Positions 6,784 through 10,305 of a DNA stretch of 10,305 bases are shown here, one piece after another. The stretch covers positions 1 to 10,305 of the forward strand of contig CAYYQL010000062.1 of the NCBI GenBank assembly GCA_964473825.1, in the 5' to 3' direction. The notes under the pieces were generated by a model that was not told where the DNA came from, made no database searches, and was given only the letters and a program-made list of their open reading frames with translations. The stretch is from an uncultured archaeon (GTDB lineage: Archaea > Asgardarchaeota > Thorarchaeia > Thorarchaeales > Thorarchaeaceae). Numbering within the stretch: the stretch's first letter is position 1; each line of letters begins with the position of its first letter. A program made the translations under genes and the position numbers.

Positions 6784-8823
6784 TTGGCCAAATACCCAAG
6801 CAAGGAACCAGTACTAGTAACATGCGGACTACCATACGCTAGCGGACCTATGCACATTGGTCATCTCCGAACCTACGTGCCGGCCGACGTATTCGTCAGA
6901 CTCCTGAAGAAGATGCAGACCGAGGTAGTATTCGTCTGTGGCTCAGACACCCACGGGACTCCCATCGTGACTGCGGCTGAGAAGGCGAATGTGAGTCCTG
7001 AGGTCCTCTTCCAGAAGTACCACAGACACTACATCGAGACTTTCCCGAAACTGAATATCATATTTGACAACTATGGTTCGACAGATGATCCTGAGAACCA
7101 TCACCGGACAACGCAAATCGTGCAGGCGCTTCAAGAGAAGGGGTACATCTATCCAAAAGAGCTTGAGAGTCCGTACTGCGACACTTGTGGGCGGTCTCTA
7201 CCTGACAGGTTCGTGAGGGGCGAGTGTCCCTATTGCGGAGCAGACGCTAGGGGTGATGAATGCGATCAGGGATGTGGACGATATCTCGAGCCAGGTGAGA
7301 TCCTGAATCCCCGTTGTGCCATCTGTGGTTCGCCAACACGCCCTGTGACAAGGACCCACTACTACTTCCGACTCACAGACTTCAAGGGATTCCTTGATGA
7401 GTTCTTGAACAACGTCGATGGAACGAAGAACGCCCGAAACTATGCCTTGGGCTGGGTGAGGGAGGGCCTGAAGGATTGGTGCATCACACGAGACCTTGAT
7501 TGGGGTGTTGAGTTCCCCGGAGATAAAGAACTCACCCTCTACGTCTGGGTTGATGCCCCTATTCACTACATATCCAGCACGGAGCAGTGGGCAAAGAAGA
7601 GGGGCACACCGGAGGAATGGGAGAGGTTCTGGAAGCCCGGCGATGCTCGCATTGTTCACTACATCGGTCAGGATATAGTATACCATCATTGCATATTCTG
7701 GCCGGCGATGCTGAAGGGAAGCGACTACAACCTTCCCGATTCCATCGTGGCGTCAGGGATGGTGAAAATCGAGGGACACAATTTCTCTCGAAGTAGAGGA
7801 TATGTTGTCTGGATAGAGGATGACTACTTGGACCAAGGCCTTAATCCTGACTACCTCCGCTACTACATCGTATCGCACAGTTCTCAGACCAAGGATTTGG
7901 ACTTTGCATGGGACACATTCCGTGACAAAGTGAACAATGAGCTTGTTGGCACCTTCGGGAACTTCGTCTACCGTGCACTCCATTTCACAAACAAGAATTT
8001 CGGGAGGATTCCCAAGGGTGAAATTGAAGATCGGGTGAATGAACGAATTGCGTCTACCATCAAGGCTGTTAAATCTGGAGTCAACGAATACGAGCTGAAG
8101 AAGGTCACCGACGCCATCTTGAACCTCGCTACATTTGGAAACGAATATTTCCAAGAAAACAAACCCTGGGAGCTCTCGCGGAACGACTTGGAAAGGTGTG
8201 GTGAGGTACTTCACAACGCTGTCGCGATTGTCAGAGCTCTGGCCATACTCATCGACCCCATGATGCCAAGCATTGGTGAGCGTATATGGGAACAACTCGC
8301 AGAAGAGGCCGATGTTCATACTGTTCAACTCGAGCATGCAATGAGACCCCTTGAGGCAGGTCGAAAGATTCCTAAACCTGTCCCGGTCATTGACAAGATT
8401 GACGATGATCTCTTAGACGACTTGCGCTCCTCTATTGAGGGACGCATAAGAGATGCAGAGGCGGCCGAGCGAGGTGAGAAGAAAGTGACAAAAAGCAACG
8501 TGGAATTCGAAGACTTCCAGAAGATGGACCTCCGTGCAGGTAAGATTCTCGAGTGCGAGAAGGTGCCAAAAACCGACAAACTACTGAAACTCAAAGTTGA
8601 CATCGGCAATGAAATGCGGACGATAGTTACTGGTCTGGCGGATCAGTACAAACCCGAGGAGCTCAAAGGCATCACAGCTCTATTCTTGGTCAACCTTGAA
8701 CCCAAGAAGCTTGCTGGTATCGAGAGCCAAGGCATGATTATCGCAGTTGAAAAAGCCGACGAGAAGGGAAAATGGCTTCCTGTGACCATTGAGGGTGTTC
8801 CTCCAGGTAGCAAGGCTGCCTAG
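6784..8823 (+). CDS. metG: Methionine--tRNA ligase with C-terminal tRNA-binding OB-fold (Trbp111-like) domain
   Basis: LPYASGPMHIGH (HIGH at 6853-6864), GSDTHGTPI, four Zn-knuckle Cys pairs (CDTC, CPYC, CDQGC, CAIC), DWCITRDLDWG, YVWVDAP, KMSKS-equivalent NFSRS, and a C-terminal FEDFQKMDLRAG...ESQGM domain. SD AGGAG at 6769-6773 favours TTG 6784 over GTG 6775. Confidence 0.98.
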   Translation: MAKYPSKEPVLVTCGLPYASGPMHIGHLRTYVPADVFVRLLKKMQTEVVFVCGSDTHGTPIVTAAEKANVSPEVLFQKYHRHYIETFPKLNIIFDNYGSTDDPENHHRTTQIVQALQEKGYIYPKELESPYCDTCGRSLPDRFVRGECPYCGADARGDECDQGCGRYLEPGEILNPRCAICGSPTRPVTRTHYYFRLTDFKGFLDEFLNNVDGTKNARNYALGWVREGLKDWCITRDLDWGVEFPGDKELTLYVWVDAPIHYISSTEQWAKKRGTPEEWERFWKPGDARIVHYIGQDIVYHHCIFWPAMLKGSDYNLPDSIVASGMVKIEGHNFSRSRGYVVWIEDDYLDQGLNPDYLRYYIVSHSSQTKDLDFAWDTFRDKVNNELVGTFGNFVYRALHFTNKNFGRIPKGEIEDRVNERIASTIKAVKSGVNEYELKKVTDAILNLATFGNEYFQENKPWELSRNDLERCGEVLHNAVAIVRALAILIDPMMPSIGERIWEQLAEEADVHTVQLEHAMRPLEAGRKIPKPVPVIDKIDDDLLDDLRSSIEGRIRDAEAAERGEKKVTKSNVEFEDFQKMDLRAGKILECEKVPKTDKLLKLKVDIGNEMRTIVTGLADQYKPEELKGITALFLVNLEPKKLAGIESQGMIIAVEKADEKGKWLPVTIEGVPPGSKAA

Positions 8824-8892
8824 AGTAAGAAAATGTCAGGTTTGCGAAGATACAAAACGATTCGCGCGCACATCATGAGGGCAGGTGTTTCT

Positions 8893-9426
8893 ATGCAACG
8901 CAACCGAATCTTAGCAGGCACACTCGTCGCAATCCTGACATTCATGATTTTTTCTGGTTTGTCAACAACAAAGGTCCAAGCACATACTCCATCAGGAATG
9001 ACCTTGGAATACGATGCTGAAACGGATGAGCTAGTGGTCTCAGTATCACATAGCGTGACGGACCCGAGTACGCACCACATTGAAACAATCACTGTCTTCA
9101 ACAATGATGTGGAAGTTGATTCGAGAAGCTACACAGACCAAGATTCAACTTCTGGTATGAGTGATGTCTTTACTGTGGATGCCGAGGATGGGGATGTGCT
9201 GAAAGCAACAGCGGTATGCAGCATATCTGGATCCATTACGCGAGAGCTCACTGTTTCGATTACCACAACCACAACTACCACAACTACAACTACTACGACC
9301 ACAACTACTACGACCACGACCAATGACACCCCGCCAGCTGAGCCTCTTCCAATCCTCCTCATAGCCGCGGGAATCGGCGCTATTATCGTAGTCGCTATCG
9401 TTGGTATTCTCTTTGTTCGGAAGTAG
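8893..9426 (+). CDS. Exported, C-terminally membrane-anchored protein with a superoxide-reductase-like (SORL/desulfoferrodoxin-type) beta domain and poly-Thr stalk
   Basis: AGGTG precedes ATG 8893. Signal peptide ends VQA|HTP. Motifs H-T-P, H-x7-H-H-I and C-S-I-S-G parallel the SOR motifs HxP, HxxxxxH(H/Y)I and CNxHG. Then Thr20, TM helix LPILLIAAGIGAIIVVAIVGILFV and RK-stop. The CDS is secure; the family call is moderate. Confidence 0.75.
   Translation: MQRNRILAGTLVAILTFMIFSGLSTTKVQAHTPSGMTLEYDAETDELVVSVSHSVTDPSTHHIETITVFNNDVEVDSRSYTDQDSTSGMSDVFTVDAEDGDVLKATAVCSISGSITRELTVSITTTTTTTTTTTTTTTTTTTTNDTPPAEPLPILLIAAGIGAIIVVAIVGILFVRK
9262..9321 (+). repeat. (ACN)20 poly-threonine codon tract
   Basis: 20 consecutive Thr codons using all four synonymous codons, including an exact 15-nt tandem duplication ACAACTACTACGACC (9286-9300, 9301-9315). 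Confidence 0.95.
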
Positions 9427-9495
9427 TCACTCAAGAAGTCTAGTTAGGTGGCATTGTGGGGTCCTGATAGAGTGGATTCTGCGGGTGCGGTTTCA

Positions 9496-10065
9496 GTGAG
9501 AATCATCTTCTTGCGACATGCGGAAACTCGTGTTCAATCAGAGATTCCATCTTCAGAGTGGGTCTTGTTTGCGGAGGGCTGCCGTTCTGCAAGAAGACTG
9601 GTAGCCACTGGAGTCTTTGATGATGTGGATGTCATTGTCGCCTCTGATGAGAGAAAGGCGCTACAGAGCATTGACCTGCTCTCCAAGAGACTTCAGCTGC
9701 AGCCAATCGAAGAGCCGCTATTCCGAGAACTTGATCGCGGTGTATCGAATCTCTCGAGCTCAAGCGAGTACTCGGCTGTGGTCAAGCAGGTGCTGATGAG
9801 TACTGCTGATTCATTTCACGGCTGGGAAACTGCGTGTTCAGCTCTCGATAGATTTCGACTGGGTGTCCAGCGCATAGAGACCGATTTCACTGAGAATACA
9901 GTCCTTGTGGCCAGCCATGGGATTGTCCTCTCACTCTATTTTGCGGACAAGCTCGGCATGATGGACAAGGTCTATGAAAGATGGTCTAAGTTGGATTTCC
10001 TCGACTACGGGGTTGTGACAGATGGAGTGGTCACAAGAGACTTGGCGGGATATGCCAATCTGTAG
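9496..10065 (+). CDS. Histidine phosphatase (phosphoglycerate mutase-like) family protein, ~189 aa
   Basis: RIIFLRHAET (RHG-type motif), ASDERKALQS, LFRELDRG, VLVASHG. GTG 9496 is the likely start because the family begins just before the RHx motif. Confidence 0.88.
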   Translation: MRIIFLRHAETRVQSEIPSSEWVLFAEGCRSARRLVATGVFDDVDVIVASDERKALQSIDLLSKRLQLQPIEEPLFRELDRGVSNLSSSSEYSAVVKQVLMSTADSFHGWETACSALDRFRLGVQRIETDFTENTVLVASHGIVLSLYFADKLGMMDKVYERWSKLDFLDYGVVTDGVVTRDLAGYANL

Positions 10066-10108
10066 GCTTGCACGATGTGACTGCAAATGGTTGGAAGTGC
10101 CTGCCTGC

Positions 10109-10250
10109 GGCTCTGTAGAATAATTCACATCAGGTGTGGGAGCGAGTCCTGTCCTTGTTCCAGAATGTCCGGATGTGAACATTATGCTAGCAAACTGATG
10201 ATGATCATGGTCATCGCGACCCTAGTCCCGTTGACTTTTTCTACAGAGCC
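10109..10250. mobile_element. 142-bp MITE (non-autonomous IS derivative) with terminal inverted repeats and 9-bp target-site duplication
   Basis: Left end GGCTCTGTAGAATAATTCA; right end (reverse complement) GGCTCTGTAGAAAAAGTCA. The outer 12 bp are perfect, 17/19 overall. CCTGCCTGC abuts both ends as a direct repeat (10100-10108 and 10251-10259). No transposase inside. Confidence 0.9.
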
Positions 10251-10305
10251 CCTGCCTGCAAAACCCTTTTCTCTGCTAACCTCAATCTCGGAACGGTGTT
10301 AACTC

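Noticed and set aside
9129-9434. Minus-strand ORF with poly-Val
   Set aside because: It is the antisense shadow of the poly-Thr tract.
10087-10302. 71-aa + strand ORF with a hydrophobic patch resembling a signal peptide
   Set aside because: It runs through both ends of the MITE and stops at 10302; most likely a chance frame created by the insertion.
1-10305. CRISPR array, integrase/transposase genes, defence-system genes
   Set aside because: No regularly spaced direct repeats and no such protein motifs were seen in the window.

Overview
Archaeal window with all real genes on the + strand. The architecture of the giant surface protein suggests an Asgard (Thorarchaeia-like) host, but this is inference. 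In order: (1) the 3' end of a GTP cyclohydrolase MptA/FolE2 gene; (2) a ~1560-aa single-pass membrane glycoprotein with a CBM-like jelly-roll, 7 tandem Ig-like repeats, a TM helix, a cytoplasmic longin/roadblock-like domain and a possible winged helix; (3) a 51-aa ORF missed by the ORF track, with its own TATA box and SD, followed by ~400 nt of hairpin-rich non-coding sequence; (4) an alpha/beta hydrolase; (5) a methionyl-tRNA synthetase with an unusual NFSRS motif; (6) a membrane-anchored, exported superoxide-reductase-like metal-binding protein whose mature form would start with His; (7) a histidine phosphatase; (8) a 142-bp MITE with IS903-like ends and a perfect 9-bp target-site duplication. 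Family assignments come from motif recognition by eye; no searches were run.
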